A stretch of 64,000 nt of DNA from Mobula hypostoma (lineage: Eukaryota). The stretch lies in contig NC_086118.1 in assembly GCF_963921235.1 (NCBI RefSeq), positions 18,540,001-18,604,000 of the forward strand, written 5' to 3'. This document shows positions 1-13,917 of the stretch, one piece after another; the first letter of the stretch is position 1; each line of letters opens with the position of its first letter. Below the pieces are notes generated by a model. The model was not told where the DNA came from, ran no database searches, and saw only the letters and a list, made by a program, of their open reading frames with translations. Both the position numbers and the translations under genes were made by a program.

Positions 1-684
1 CATGAACAAAGTCAGCAGTGATGACAGAAGACCAGATTAGATTTTGAAGTCAACTTTGCCAAGTTTTCAAGTACAGAATAGGCTTTTCAAAAAAAAATGT
101 TGGATATAGAAGTTCAGCTGTGATATTATTGAATAGTGGAGGAGGCCAAGGGTGCCAATTGGTTGACTTCTGCTATTTCTTACTTTGTCTGTCCAATACC
201 AACTTTCTGGGGTTGCTTGAAGTACCCTTTTATAAATGTAGTCATATTTAAGTTATAGATGTGCAAGTCCCAAATAACTAATTGAAGTTGTGGAGTAACT
301 ACCTGAAACTTCTGCTACTTTGATCACTGTGAAGCAGTACAAAGCATGCCTGAAGAAATTCTTAAAGGGGAAGGTGACTTTTAGTACAAAATCAGCAAAC
401 TGTTACTTTGCTGTGGAAAGATTATCAATTTGGAATTTTTATTCAGAGTATATTCTGAATTTTATTCAGTATATATACACATACACACACATACATATAT
501 ACATATACCACCGATCTTCAGTAGTTACGTTCTCTAGATTTGTGTGGTACCAAACAATAGTTTAATTTACAATCTACTTATGATGTAAATGTCATGGGGA
601 GTCAAAGTCAAAGTCATTATGATCTCTTCTGTCTATGGCATGTTACTAAATAATATGCTGCTTACACACAGCATAGTGATTGTC

Positions 685-1366
685 ATCTCACCCCTGTTGA
701 CATCAATGGATCTGGGGTTGAGAGGGTGAAAAGCTTCAAAGTTACACATTACCGAGGATCTCACTTGGTCTGTACCTACTAGCTGTGTGATGAAAAAAGC
801 ACAACAGCACCATTTTATTTCAGACGGTTGAAAAAGTTCAGCATGAGTCCCCAAATCCTAAATATTTTCTACAGGGGCACAATTGAGAGCATCCTTACTG
901 GCTGTATCACTGCCTGGTATGGGAACTGTACTTCCCTCAATCACAGGGCTTTGCAGAGAGTGGTGCGGACAGCCCAGCGCATCTGTGGATGTGAACTTCC
1001 CACTATTCAGGACATCTACAGTGACAGGTGCGTAAAAAGGACTAGAAGGATCATTGGGGACTCGAATCACCCCAACCACAAACTGTTCCAGCTGCTACCA
1101 TCCAGGAAATGGCACCGCAGCATTAAACCCTGTACCAACAGACTCCGGGACAGCTTCTTCCTTCAGGTCATCAGACTGATTAATTCACACTGACACAGTT
1201 GTACTTCTAAGCTATATTGACTGTTCTGTTGTATATCTTACTGTACATACTACTTATTGCAAGTTACTATAATTTGCATATTGCACATTCGGATGGAGAT
1301 GTAACGTAAAGATTTTTACTCCTCACGTATGTGAAGGATGTAAGAAATAAAATCAATTCAATTCAA
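685..1366 (+). mobile_element. Rex1/Babar-type LINE, 3' fragment (post-RT C-terminal domain, 3' UTR, tail)
   Basis: ORF 828..1193 has FYRGTIESILTGCITAWYGNC...LQRVVRTAQRI...HPNHKLFQLLPS, typical of the Rex1/Babar ORF2 C-terminus. It ends in AATAAA plus a (CAATT)n-like tail. Confidence 0.85.
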
Positions 1367-1702
1367 CAAACGGTAACTGATATCTCCTTCGTCAAAGGAC
1401 TCCCCTCCCACTATTAAGTAATGAAAACATTTTTATTGCTGCTTGTGAGAAATTCCATGGTTTGGCTGATGAAGAGTTTCAAATGGTTTTGCCATTTTCA
1501 TATTGTCCTCCCCTTTTCGGACTCAACAATTCACAGAGTGCCTCTGCATGTGCTTGCTAACCAAGGTGATGTGTACTGCTGCCACAGTCCAAACCGCCAG
1601 CAAGCATTTAATGACTGAAGTCCACGCCTATAATGACACAAAGGTAAAAATGTTAGAAAGTTTGCCGCTTGTCATGGCTTCACAGCGAGACTACATTACA
1701 TA

Positions 1703-2194
1703 TACTCAGTGGCCACTTTATTAGTACTTTCTGTACCCACTAAGTGTGAGGTCGTGGTCTTCTGCTGCTGTAGTCCATCCACTGCCGTAACTACTGTTGT
1801 TACAGTCACCTTCCTATAAGCTTGAACCACTCTGGCCATTCTCCTCTGACCTCTTATTAACAAAACATTTTCACCCACAGAACGACCCCTCACTGGATGT
1901 TTTCTTTTTCTTTTCATGCCATTTTCTAAACCCTTGAGACTGTAGTGCATGAAAATCCCAGGAGATCAGCAGTTTCTGAAATACTCAAACCATCCTGCCT
2001 GGCACCAAAATATCATTCAACTGTCAAAGTCACTTGGCTCACATTTCTTCCCCATTCTGATGTTTGGTCTGAATATCAGCTGAACCTCTTGACCATGTCT
2101 GCATGCTTTTATGCGTTGAGTTGCTACCACATGATTGGCTGATTAGATATTTGCATTAATAAGCAGGTGTACCAAATAAAGTGGCCACTGAGTG
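1703..2194. mobile_element. Tc1-derived non-autonomous DNA transposon (MITE)
   Basis: Terminal inverted repeats TACTCAGTGGCCACTTTATT (1703) and AATAAAGTGGCCACTGAGTG (ends 2194), with TA on the left. Internal sequence is the reverse complement of the 4172-5702 copy. Confidence 0.85.
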
Positions 2195-2429
2195 CATGCT
2201 GAATGTGCAAATATGCTTATGCTGAAGTTGGAAAAAATTACGGCAAGGTGTAAGAGAATGATGGTTCTGCCACTCAACTTGAAACGAGCTGTTGTTTCTG
2301 CCCTTCTGTCTTCTTTTTACATCACATTTGGGTAGCTTTTGGCAAGGTTGCCCTAGCAAGCTCAGGTTTAAGCCTGTTCTTCTGTCGCCTTCTGGGGCAA
2401 GCAGAATATAGACTTGAATCTAGTCTTCC

Positions 2430-3656
2430 AAGAAGATAGTGGCACGTTTGTTCGCAGTGGTTTCTCCTGGTCCAGACAAGGGTGTAATTTTTTGTACTTT
2501 GATATTTTTTGCGATCGTAAGATACTGCTGGATATTGAGAACATCAAGTGCTGCATGTCTGTCTGCTGGTGGTCTGCTCAATGGTGGTGAGGCCAGACTT
2601 GCTGCATATCGCGCTGCCGCCTGCTATAGCCACCCAAGGAGAAAGGTGTAGGAAGTGTCGCTCAGTCCAGAAAATAGCGCAAGTGATTGTCCTGGGGCAT
2701 TTTTCTTGTGATTGCAAGACCCTGTTGAACATGGATAGTGTAGAGTACCGCAAGTCCGGTTCACTGGTTGATTGGTGACACTGACAGCTGAGGAGCTGCG
2801 TGTCCTCGGTTGTTGCACGGACCAGGCCCTCACACAACAGGGTCGCCTGTAGCAGCCACCTGGGGGAGGAGACACCAGAGGTAATTTGAGAGAGGAAAGG
2901 CACTGTGGCTGCACTGTAAGTCCATGTTGGGTTGTGGGTTGGGCCCTCCCATCAATGGTGCTGTCCAGTGTTCGCTCTATCGAAAACAAGCTGGATTGCC
3001 TGCAGCTGCACGAGCGTGTGAGGAGGACTGCTGTGTGCTTGTTCTTTCAGAAACGTGGCTCCAGGACAATCAATCTACAAGCCATGATGCTCAGCGACGT
3101 GGGCAATACTCTATTTGTGACTGTATGTTTTTTTCTGTGGAGAGTATCCTGACAGGCTGCATCGCTGTCTGGTGTGGGGAGGGGGAGATGTTACTGCACA
3201 GGATCAGTAAAAGCTACAGAAAGTTGTAAAATTAGTCAGCTCCATCTCGGGGACTAGCCTCCATAGTACCCAGGACATCTTCAAGGAACAGTGTCTCAGA
3301 AAGGCAGCATCCATTATTAAGGTTCCCCACCACCCAGAGCATGCCCTCTTCTCATTGTTACCATCAGGAAGGAGGTACGGAAGCCTGAAGGCACACATTG
3401 AGTGATTCAGGAACAGATTCTTCCTCTTTGCCATCCAATTCCTAAATGGACATTGAACCCATGAATATTACCTCACTTTTATCATTTCTGTTTCTGCACT
3501 ATTTTTAATTGAACTATTTAATACGTATATACTTACTGTAATTGATTTACTTGTTTATTTTTCCCCTAAATAATCATGTATTGCATTGTACTGCCTCTGC
3601 TAAGTTAACAAATTTCACGACATATGCCGGTGATATTAAACCTGATTCGGATTCTG
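2430..3656 (+). mobile_element. Internally deleted Rex1/Babar LINE (5' UTR and endonuclease N-terminus joined to the 3' end)
   Basis: ALPSMVLSSVRSIENKLD and CCVLVLSETWLQD (APE N-terminal motifs, ~2940-3070) are followed within about 60 bp by the VESILTGCIAVW C-terminal block, 3' UTR and ATTAAACCTGATTCGGATTCTG tail. Confidence 0.75.
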
Positions 3657-4171
3657 TCGTAACTATATGTGCAGGGCACCTTGGCCCTGGAGTAATGCTG
3701 TTTGGTTGGACTGTATTCCTATGTATGGTTGAATGCCAATTAAACTTGAATTTGAGTCATAGAATCATAGACTATTAAACCATGGAAGCAGCCCCTTCTT
3801 CCCAACTCATCCATGCTGACCAAAATGCCCATAAAAGATCATATATATCCAAATATTCATGTTCCTTTGACCAGCCATCATATATCACATGGCATCACCG
3901 TTCACTCTCAGGATGCATGGGGTGGAACTTACTGGAAAATATCAGCAGTTCCTCCTGAAATGCAAGTCCATGGAAAAAAAACCTCCTGGACATACACTGG
4001 GGAACCTGCATAGTGAACCTAATTAGATTAGACCATCAACAGCAGTTGCAAAAGAAAAGTTTAAGCTAAGTTACATTTCTTTGAAATATGTTTGTTTCAA
4101 TTATTTAACTATTCTAAAGAGTTTTATGTCATTAAATGATTTCACATTTCATTTATTTTATTTTCACTATG

Positions 4172-5702
4172 CACTCATTGACCACCTTATGAGGTACACC
4201 AGTACATCTGCTTGTTAATGCAAATATCTAATCATCCAATCATGTAACAGCAACTCAATCCAAAAAAGCACGCAGACATGGTCATGAGGTCCAGTTGTTG
4301 CTCAGATCAAACATCAATATGGAGAAGAAATTAGATCTGTGACTTGAACCATGGAATAATTGTTGGTGCCAGAAGGCATAGAGGGAGGGAGAATTTACAA
4401 GAAGCAAGTGGGGGCAGTTGGCACGTTTTTGCATGCCACAATCCCTGAAAGAAATTGGATTTTGCATTATTAGGTATGGCAAGACCCAATAAAAAGAAAT
4501 TAGGTTTAAATGAAGTGGCCATTCTGTGGTGGTAGAGTGAAAAGTTGAGGTTTTGGCTCACTGAGTGGAAAGTGAGAAAACAGTGGGATTTGGAGCAGCT
4601 GGAAAAATGGCAGATGTAATTTCATGCAGACAAGTGTGAAGTGTTGCACTTTGAGATGGCAAATCAGGGTATGTCTTACATAGTGAGTAGTGGGGCACTG
4701 ATGAGTGCAATAGAAGAGGGATCTGGGAATATATATCCCTCTTCTATCCTTGAAGGTGTTGTCACAAATAGACAGGGACTTAAAGAAAGCATTAGGCACA
4801 CTGGCATTCATGAATCAATCTATTGAGTACAGGAGGGTGGATGTTATGTTTAAGTTGTGTAAGACATTAGTGAGGCCTAATTTGGAGCACTGTGTACAAA
4901 TTAGTTATTGACCGGCTGGAAAGATGTAAATAATATTGAAAGATCATAGAGAAAATTTACAAGGATATTGCTGGATTTGAGGAGCTGAGTTATAGATTAG
5001 GACTTTATTCCTTGGAATGTAGAGGGGGGACTTGATAGAGATATACAAAATTATGAGGGATAAAGATATTGTACATGCAAGCAGATTTTTCCACTGAGGT
5101 TGGGTGAGACTACAACTAGAGATCCTGAGTTAAGAGTGAGAGGTCAAATGTTTGAGGTGAACATGAGGGGGAACCTCTTCACTCAAAGTGTGATGAGAGT
5201 GTGGAATGAGCAGCGAGCACGAATGTTGGATGTGGGTTTGATTTTAATATTTAAGAGAAATTTGGATAGGTACATGGATGGGAGGGGTATGGAGGGTTAT
5301 GGTCTGGGTGCAGGTCGATGGGACTATGCACAGACTAGAAGGGCTGAAGGGTCTGTTTCTGTATTGTTTTGTTCTTTCATTCTAAGGGGTAGTTTTTATA
5401 TCTCAGAAACCACTGATATCTTAGCAAATTTCAGGTACAATATTGTCTAGTGTTTACAGAGGTGCAAAAACCCAAAAAAAAAATTCAGTAAGCAGCATTT
5501 CAGTGCATGAAAAGATCTTGTTAATGAGCGAGGTCGGAGTGGAATGATCTGGTGTAACAGCAACAGTGATATGCAGAAGAGCATCTCTGAACACACATCA
5601 AATCTTGAAGTGGGTGAGCTGCAGCTTCAGAAGAGGATGAACACACACTCAGTGGCTACTTTATTAGGTACAAGAGGTACTTAATAAAGTCGTCATTGAG
5701 TG
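4172..5702. mobile_element. Tc1-derived MITE, second copy, split by a ~1 kb insertion that contains a CR1 fragment
   Basis: Left TIR CACTCATTGACCACCTTATGAGGTAC at 4172. Homology to 1703-2194 stops at ~4376 and resumes at ~5387. Right TIR ends at 5702. Confidence 0.8.
4590..5383 (+). mobile_element. CR1-clade LINE 3' fragment
   Basis: Decayed KCEVLHF, LVRPNLEHCVQ and FTQSVMRVWNE motifs plus a CR1-type 3' tail. Confidence 0.85.
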
Positions 5703-7769
5703 CATTTTTTATCTTTCTAATTGTTTTATTTGATGAATTTGGGATCTTTGAGTACTAAGATTCAAAGGGATTTATAATCATTGACAGCTCACACAGCTGG
5801 GGCAAGGTTTTGCCTGCAGTAAATTTACTTTTAGCCCTAACCATTTAATATCAGGATTGACCAGATCCTGTGAGTGGGGAGGGAATTGAGTTAGCTTGTA
5901 GCTGACGGTAAGTCCTGGCCTTAGCCACACTTTGTTTTCCAGTTGTTTCACTCCTGGGCACCTTGGTCTATAAAGTGCAAATTAAGTATAAAGACATTGC
6001 ACTTTACTTCAATGCACCATTATTTTCCTTTAAATGGCCACAATATGATATGTCTGAGTTGCTGCTGTTTTGGAATTCAGGTGTGTGAATATATTCTTCC
6101 AGTCCAATTAAGCAGCTGCGTTGCTGAAACAGTAATCCATACAAAGAGGTTGAAAAAATCATTATATCAGCTGATCCTTAGTTTTATTCAGTTACACTGA
6201 ATGGGCATCAGTAACAAGGCTTGCCTTTATTGGCCTTCTGTAATTGTTTTGAAAAGTCAATGGAATGCTGTTTTCCTAAATAGCATTTTAATCTTGTTTC
6301 ATTTTCCGCTGATGCCCCATAGCCCACTGTTTCCAGCATTTTGTGTTTTTATTTCAGATTACCCGTGATCAGTCGACTTTTTTTTAATTAGATGGCTATC
6401 TCAGTGGTCGGATGAGAAGCAAGCACATTATTATAGTTGTGGAATTAGACTTGAGCCATAGAAGGCAAGGACAGCAGGATTAGGAAAGTCATTTGTTGTC
6501 ATATCAGTGTGTTGAATGCATGGGAAATTGGATTACACTGTTCTTTACTCTTTTTACATTCTGTTTTATCCTCTGTTTAAAATTCTATACTGCATTGTCT
6601 TGGGAAGGAGAATGAAATTGAATTTTGTATACTATTCAAGGCACAACAGCCTTGCTTCAAGGTATAGTACCCACACACCGTGTTGCTATCTGCATAAAAT
6701 TCAGACTTTGTTGTTTGAAATCACAGATCACTTTCTTAGACCTTCCACTGGCATAGGTGTTATCTCTCCAACAAAATATATATTCTTATAGGCAGATAGA
6801 ATGTGAACTTTGATACTGGCATTCTCACATACTGAATCCACAGTTTGCAACAAGAAAGAACAGGGATTTATTTTATTCTATGAATTATTGAATGAAGAGC
6901 TGCTGTTTGTGACACTCCTCTATCTTTCTTTATTTCAACAAGGAGACGGAGCTGCAATGATTTGAAACAGAGTTGTACCAAGATTTTTTTGTATTGAATG
7001 TGTGGTTAAAAAAAATGAGGAAGTTGGTTTTATTTACCCTGATTTTTCAACCTCTTCCTCAACCATATTCCAATTGTACAGATTTAAATCATTTGGAATA
7101 CTAATATTTTCATTCACAATATTTTTATCAAAATTATTTAATTTTGGTTTAAATAGATTTTAAGAATAAAAGTTTGGGTGCCTGATTCATACATTAATAT
7201 GAATCCTTATTCCTTATTCATATATTTAATAAAACTTACTCTTTGACCAAGATTTTGATAGCCTTGATATCTTTAATAGCTTTGGCTAATAACACTTGTT
7301 TGGAAAAACCTGGGTTGTCCATTACATTAAAGGCACAACCTAAACGCCAAGTGCCAATGCTGTTTGGCCACGATTTAGTGCAATTTTAACTGTGTCCATT
7401 CAAAACTAGCATGATGTAGAATTCTCCTTTGCCAGCACTTTTTTTTTCAAAGCATACATCATTTTCAGTGTTTAATTGTATGAAAGGGGTTTCCAAAATT
7501 TGCCCTCAATCTCATATGCTGAAAAGGTGACATAGCAGATAACGTACTGATTTCTGATTCCAAAGTTTACTTTTACTGACTGCAACAGAAGCAACCTTCA
7601 GAAGTACAGGACAAACTACAGCTACTCTATGGAATACCTGCTACCAAGAACCAATTCCTCCTTCAGCAACCCTTCTAAAGCTTACTGTGTTAACTCACGA
7701 AAAAGATTTAAATATCCATGTATTGATCTTTTGAACACAAAGGGAAATGCTTAGTTTCATAATTCAAAA

Positions 7770-9760
7770 CATTGAAAAATAGAATAGTTTCGGGAGCAGG
7801 CCATGCAGTCCTACTGCCTGCTCCGTCATTCAATATAATTGTGACTGAACATTCAATTCGGGTGCCCTGTTCTAGCCTAGCAACACACACAAAATGCTGG
7901 AGGAACTCAGCAGGCCAGGCAGCATCTATGGAAAACAGTACAGTTGACGCTTCGGGCCAAAACCTTTAGCAGGACGAGAGAAAAAAGGCTGAGGAGTAGA
8001 TTTGAAAGGTTGGGGGGAGGGGAGAGGGAAACAATAGGTGATAAATGAAACATCTGGCCTTCTTGCCATATCCTTTGAATCCTTTGGCATTAAGAAATAC
8101 TGTATATCTAACACCTTCTTGATTATATTTAATGATGTGATGAAGAATTTCAGTTTCACCACCTTCTGGGGACATAATGTCTTATGATGTGGATCTCAGT
8201 AAAATGCACTATATAAAGGTTCAGGACTCTCCAACCATTTGGAATATTCTCCCTGTATGTAGTCTGCCCTGAGGTTAGAATGCTATAGCTTTCCATGAAA
8301 TCTCATTCTTTGACACTCAGTGAAGAATGGCTCAATCAACCCAATCTCTCCTCATACACCAGCCCAGGAATGAGTCTTGTAAGTCATTGCTATGTTCCCC
8401 CTATAGGAGAACATTTTTCCCTGGATAAGGAGATGAAGACTCCATCTGAAGTTGCACTCAGGCTGTACCAAGCTGTAGATGGGCATTGTTGCTATTGTAA
8501 TTAGATTCTCTTAAGATGGAAACCAAATTGCCCATTGCATGCTGTTTAGACAAGGACACATCCTTTACCATTTCAGATATAATCTATTGCAGCATTTAGA
8601 TAGTAATACCTTTCTGTTTTTAGAACTACAGTAGATAAAGTCACATTTATCCATGTTAAACTGCATTAGCTGTGCATTTGTACACTTTCCAAACTTGTCA
8701 AAATCATACTGCAGCCTTTCCATTCTTCTGAAAGCACAAACCAAGCCCTTAGCTTTGTGTTGTCTGCAATCTTGGAGATGTTACATTTAATTTTTTTCAC
8801 CTAAAGGATAGATATAATTGGACTCACGACCTTGACAAAGACCTGTTTATTCCTAATTCTCAGCCCTTTCCAGCTCTACGTGCATTAATTTTACACAGTA
8901 ATCTCTCATGTGGAACTTTATCTAAAGATTTCTGAAAGTCAAAATACACCATAACCATTGAATTTCCCTTGTCTATTCTAATAATTACATCCTCAAAAAT
9001 CCCCGGTAGATTTGTTAAGCATGATTTCCCTATGCTGAATGTGTTCAGACCCATTAATAACTTCCAAATATTTTATTATTGCATCGTGTGGACTTACATC
9101 TGTCACCTTCCAATCTGAGGGAACCTCTCCACATTAATGATATTTGGAAAGTGACAACTGATGCATCCAGTGCACATTCATTAGGACTCTGGGGTGTAGA
9201 ATATCATACCCTCAGGATTTGTTGGCCTTTGATCCCATCAATTCCGTAGGTCTATTTCTTTAATGATATTAATTTCACTTAGTTCATCCCTCTCTTCAGA
9301 CCATTGTTCCTCAACATGAATGTTCCTCTTTGTGAAGACTGACCAAAGTAAGTTCTTAACTGTTCTACCATTTCTTTGTCCTCAGTAATAATTGCTGCCA
9401 TTTCTGACTATTGAGGACCTACATCAGTTTCATATATTTCACTTATACATGCATTCTTTATATTTGCTGTAAACTTACTCCTATAATGTATTTTTCTCCT
9501 CTTAATCATTTATATGTCCTCCTTTGTTGAATTCAAACTTGTAATCCTCAGGCCTGCTGATTTTACTTTGGACTTAATTTTATTAGTAAACTACGGTTGA
9601 GCCCTTTAGCTTAACTTATTTGTGGACCAGATAGGAATGGATAATTTTAATTCACATGTACATTGTTAACCAATGCTGGTGGCCTTTCCACTTTCAATTC
9701 ACTTAGTAAAGTTCGCAATCTACGAAAGGCAAGTTGCATTTCATCAATTTGAGTTCTGTT
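7770..9760 (-). mobile_element. Old, heavily decayed CR1 LINE
   Basis: ORF 8860..9054 has KSCLTNL...YFDFQKSLDKVPHERLL (CR1 RT motifs). Flanks are fragmentary CR1-like sequence. Confidence 0.7.
7880..8051 (-). mobile_element. Penelope-derived short element with degenerate hammerhead motif
   Basis: Reverse complement resembles the 3' region of the Penelope copy at ~31500-31680. Confidence 0.75.
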
Positions 9761-10027
9761 AAAGTGCATGGCCATGAAATGTTGTCTGTTTATTCCCTTC
9801 CACACATGCAACTTCATTAGTTGAGTTCCTCTAGCATTTTGTGTGTGTTACATTCCATACCCTTGCAGTTGTCTGCGTATAGAGTCAACACCCTTGTGAC
9901 TGATTCTATGCCTTCACTTTCCTGTCTGGTCATTTATCTAGAAAGAGCCACCCACAACAAGATTATCAAATATTCACTTCCCATAACACAATACCTAATC
10001 TAGGATAGTGTGTTCTCCAGGTACTTC

Positions 10028-13000
10028 CATAAGACTATGAAACATAACAGCAGAGTTAGGCCACTTGGCCCATCGAGTCTGTTCTGCCATTCCATCTGGG
10101 CTGATTCATTACCCCTCTCAACCCCATTCTCCTGCCTTTTCCCCATAAACATTGATGCCCTGACTAACCAAGAACCTAACCTCTGCTTTGAATATACTCC
10201 ATGACTTGGCCTCCACAGCAGTCCATGACAATGAATTCCACAGACTTACCACGCCCTAGCTAAAGAAATTCCTTCTCATCTTTGTTCTAAATGTAAGTCC
10301 CTCTATTCTGAGATTGTATCCCCTGGTCCTAGACTCATCCACTATAGGAAACATCCTCTCCATAGCCACGTTGCCTCGGCCTTTAAATATTCAACAGGCT
10401 TCAATGAGATTTCCCCTCATTCTTCTAACCTCCAGTGAGTGTAGGCCCAGAGCCACCAAGTGCTGCTCACATGTTATCCCTTTAATTCCTGGAATCATTC
10501 TCGTTAACCTCTTCTAGACCCTCTCCAATGCCAGCACATTTTTTTTTAGATAACTGGCCCAAAACTGCTCACAACACTCCATGCAGTCTGACCAATGCCT
10601 TATAAAGCTTCAACATCACATTCTTGCTCTGATATTCTACTCCTATTAAAAGGAATGCTAATATTACATTTGCTTGCCTTACACTGACTCAACCTGCATG
10701 TTAACCTTTAGAAATGCTGCACAACAACTCTCAAGTCCCTTTGTATTTCTGATTTTTGAATGCTCTCTCCATTTAGAAAATATCCTAAGCCTTTATTTCT
10801 TCCACCAAAGTGAATGATCATACACTTCCCTACACTATATTCCATCTGACACTTCTTTGCCCATAGTCCCAAACTGTTCAAGTCTTTCTGCGGACTTCCT
10901 GCGTCCTCAATACCACTTGCTGGCTCCACTTACCTTTGTATCATCTGCAGACTTGGTCACAAAGCTATCAATTCTGTCATTCAAATTGTGGACGTATAAT
11001 GTGAAAAGAAGTTGTCCCAACACCAACTCCTGTGGAATACCACTTGTTGCCGACAGCCAACCAGACTAGGCCCCCATTACTCCAAGAATTTGCTCTTGCC
11101 AATAGCCGATCTTCTATCCATGCTAATATCTTTCCATGGGCTTGTAGTTTGTTGAGCAAACTCATGTGAGGCACTTTGTCAAAGGCCTTCTGATCATCCA
11201 AGTAAACAACATCCACTAACTCTCCTTTGTCTATCCTGCCTGTTATTTCCTCAAAGAATTCCAACAGATTTGTCAGGCAAGATGTCCCCTTAAGGAATCC
11301 ATGCTGACTTTGGCTACCTTTATCATTCAGCTCCAAGTACCCTGAAACCTCAACCTTAATAATGGATTCCAATATCTTGACAACCACTGAAGTCAGGCTA
11401 ACTGGCCTAAAATGTCCTTTCTTCTGCCTCCCCCCCCTTCTGGATATTTGCAATTTTCCAGTCCTCCAGAATGATTCTGGAATTAGTGATTACTATTGCT
11501 TCTCATCTCTTCAATCTCTTCAGCTAACTCTTTCAGAATCCTGGTGACTTATCTATCTTCAGTCCTTACAGATTCCCAAGCATCTTCTCCTTCATAATAG
11601 CAACTACACTCACTTCTGCCCCTGACACACTTGAATTTCTGGCATCCTGCTAGTGTCTTCCACAGTGAAGACTCACACAAAATACTTAAGTTCATCCGAC
11701 AGTTCCTTATCCCCCGTCACTACCTCTCCAGGGTCATTTTCCAGCAGTCCAGTATCCATTCTCACCTTTCTTTCACTCTATACACCTGATATAAACTTTT
11801 TGGTTTCCTTTTGATATTTTCAATAAACTTACTCTATTATTTCATCTTTTCTCTCCTTATGGTTTTTCTTAGTTACCTTCTGCTGGTTTTTAAAAGCTTC
11901 CAAATTCTCTAGCTTCCCACTAATTTTTGCAATATTATATGCACTTTCTTTGACTTCCCTTCTCAGTCATGGTTACCTCAGGAACAGGAGTTCCTAACCT
12001 GGGGTCCTTGGATTCCTTCCTTAATGGCATTGGTCCACAGCATAAAAGCAGTTGGCAACCCCTATTTTAGCATAATTCTTCTTCTTTGGAATACATATAT
12101 CCTGTGCCTTCCAACTTGCCCCCAGAAACTTCAGCCATTGTTGTTGTGTTATCATCCCTGATAGTGTCTCCTTCCAATCAACTTTGCCAGCTCCTCTCTT
12201 ATGCCTCTGTAATTCTCTTTACTCTACTATAATACAGATAAATCTGACTTTATCTTCACCCCCTCAAACTGCACGGTGAATTCTATCATCTTATGATCAC
12301 TGCCTCTCAAGGTTTCCTTTACCTTAAGTTCCCTAACCAAATTCAGTTCATCACACAATCCCAATGGCCTTTCTCCTAGTGGGCTCAACCAAAAGCTGCT
12401 CCAACAGACCATCCTCTAGGCATTCTGCAAATTCCCTCTTGGGATTCAGCACCAACCTGATATTCCCAATTTGCCTGCATATTGTAATCTCCCATGACTA
12501 TTGTAACATTGCCCTTATTACATGCCACTTCTAATTCCTGTTGACATTTATATCCCATATCCTGGCTTCTGTCCAGGAGCCAGTATGTAACTCCCATCAG
12601 TGTCTTTTTACCCTTAAAGTTTCTTAATTCTACCCACAAGGATTCTACATCTTCTGATTCTATGTCACTTTTTCTAAAAATTTGATTTCATTTTTTATCA
12701 AGAGCCACCCCATCCCACCTGCCTACCTGCCTGTCTTTTCAATACAAGCTGCATCCTTGGATGTTAAGCTCTCAGCTATGATCTTCTTTCAGCCAGTTCT
12801 CAGTGATACCCACAACGTCGTACTTGCCAATCTCTAACTGCACTGCAAGATCATCTACCTATTCTGTGTACAGCGTGCATTCAAATATAACACCTTCAGT
12901 CCTGTATTCATCATTCTTTTCAATATTACCCCCATTTTACACTTCAGCTCATCCCACTGACTGCAATTTTGCCCTGTTATCTGCCTGTTCTTCTGGACAA

Positions 13001-13090
13001 TCTCACCGCACCCTGTATCTTCAACTGCCCCATCCTCATCCTTATCACACTGGTTCCCATGCCCCTGCTGACTTAGGTTAAACCCTCCCC
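10028..13090 (-). mobile_element. CR1 LINE, decayed ORF2 from endonuclease to 3' tail
   Basis: LKVLYLNAR (APE start, ~12870), IVMGDYN, GSDHKMIEF, FRPVSLTS, QHGFLKGTSCLTNLLEFFEE, QKAFDKVPH. Tail near 10028. Confidence 0.9.
11985..12064. mobile_element. ~80 bp hAT-like MITE inside CR1
   Basis: TIRs CAGGAGTTCCTAAC and GTTGGCAACCCCTA. A related fragment, CAGGGGTTCCCAACC, is at 47521. Confidence 0.6.
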
Positions 13091-13917
13091 AGTATATTCT
13101 CAATGTACTGAAATTCCTCAATGTATTGATCTAAAAAGTCATAATGTATATATCCTAGGAAGTTGTCCTCTACAGCATTACTAGCCTGGTTTGACTAATC
13201 TGCATGTAGATTCAAGTCTCCATGATTACAGCCTCATCTTTCTTACGTGCATCTTTACATTCCTGTTTAATTCCATCCCCTGCATCTTGGTTCCACCTGT
13301 AAAGATTCCACATTATGTTTTTTTTTGAGCCAATGTCTATCATCACCTTCTATTTTACAAACTACATGATGGCATTTTCTTTCCTCTTTGGCCTGTCATA
13401 GAACATAGAATAGTACTGCATAGTATAGGCCCTTTGGCCCACAATGTTCTGCCGACCCTCAAACTCTGCCTCCCATATAACCCCCCACCTTAAATTCCTC
13501 CACATACCTGTCTAGTAGGCTTTTAAATTTCACTAGTGTATCTGTTTCCACCACTGATTCAGTCAGTGCATTCCACGCCCCAACCACTCTCTGAGTAAAA
13601 AACCTTCCTCTAATATCCCCTTTGAACTTCCCACCCCTTATCTTAAAGCCATGTCCTCTTGTATTGAGCAGTGGTGTCCTGGGGAAGAGGCGCTGGCTGT
13701 CCACTCTATCTATTCCTCTTAATATCTTGTATACCTCTATCATGTCTCCTCTCATCCTCCTTCTCTCCAAAGAGTAAAGCCCGAGCTCCCTTAATCTCTG
13801 ATCATAATCCATTCTCTCTAAACCAGGCAGCATCCTGGTAAATCTCCTCTGTACCCTTTCCAATGCTTCCACATCCTTCCTATAGTGAGGCGACCAGGAC
13901 TGGATACAGTGCTCCAA

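Noticed and set aside
828..1193. Host DNA-repair-like protein (DUF1891-type annotation)
   Set aside because: This is the Rex1/Babar ORF2 C-terminus, repeated at ~3135 and ~53500 with LINE tails.
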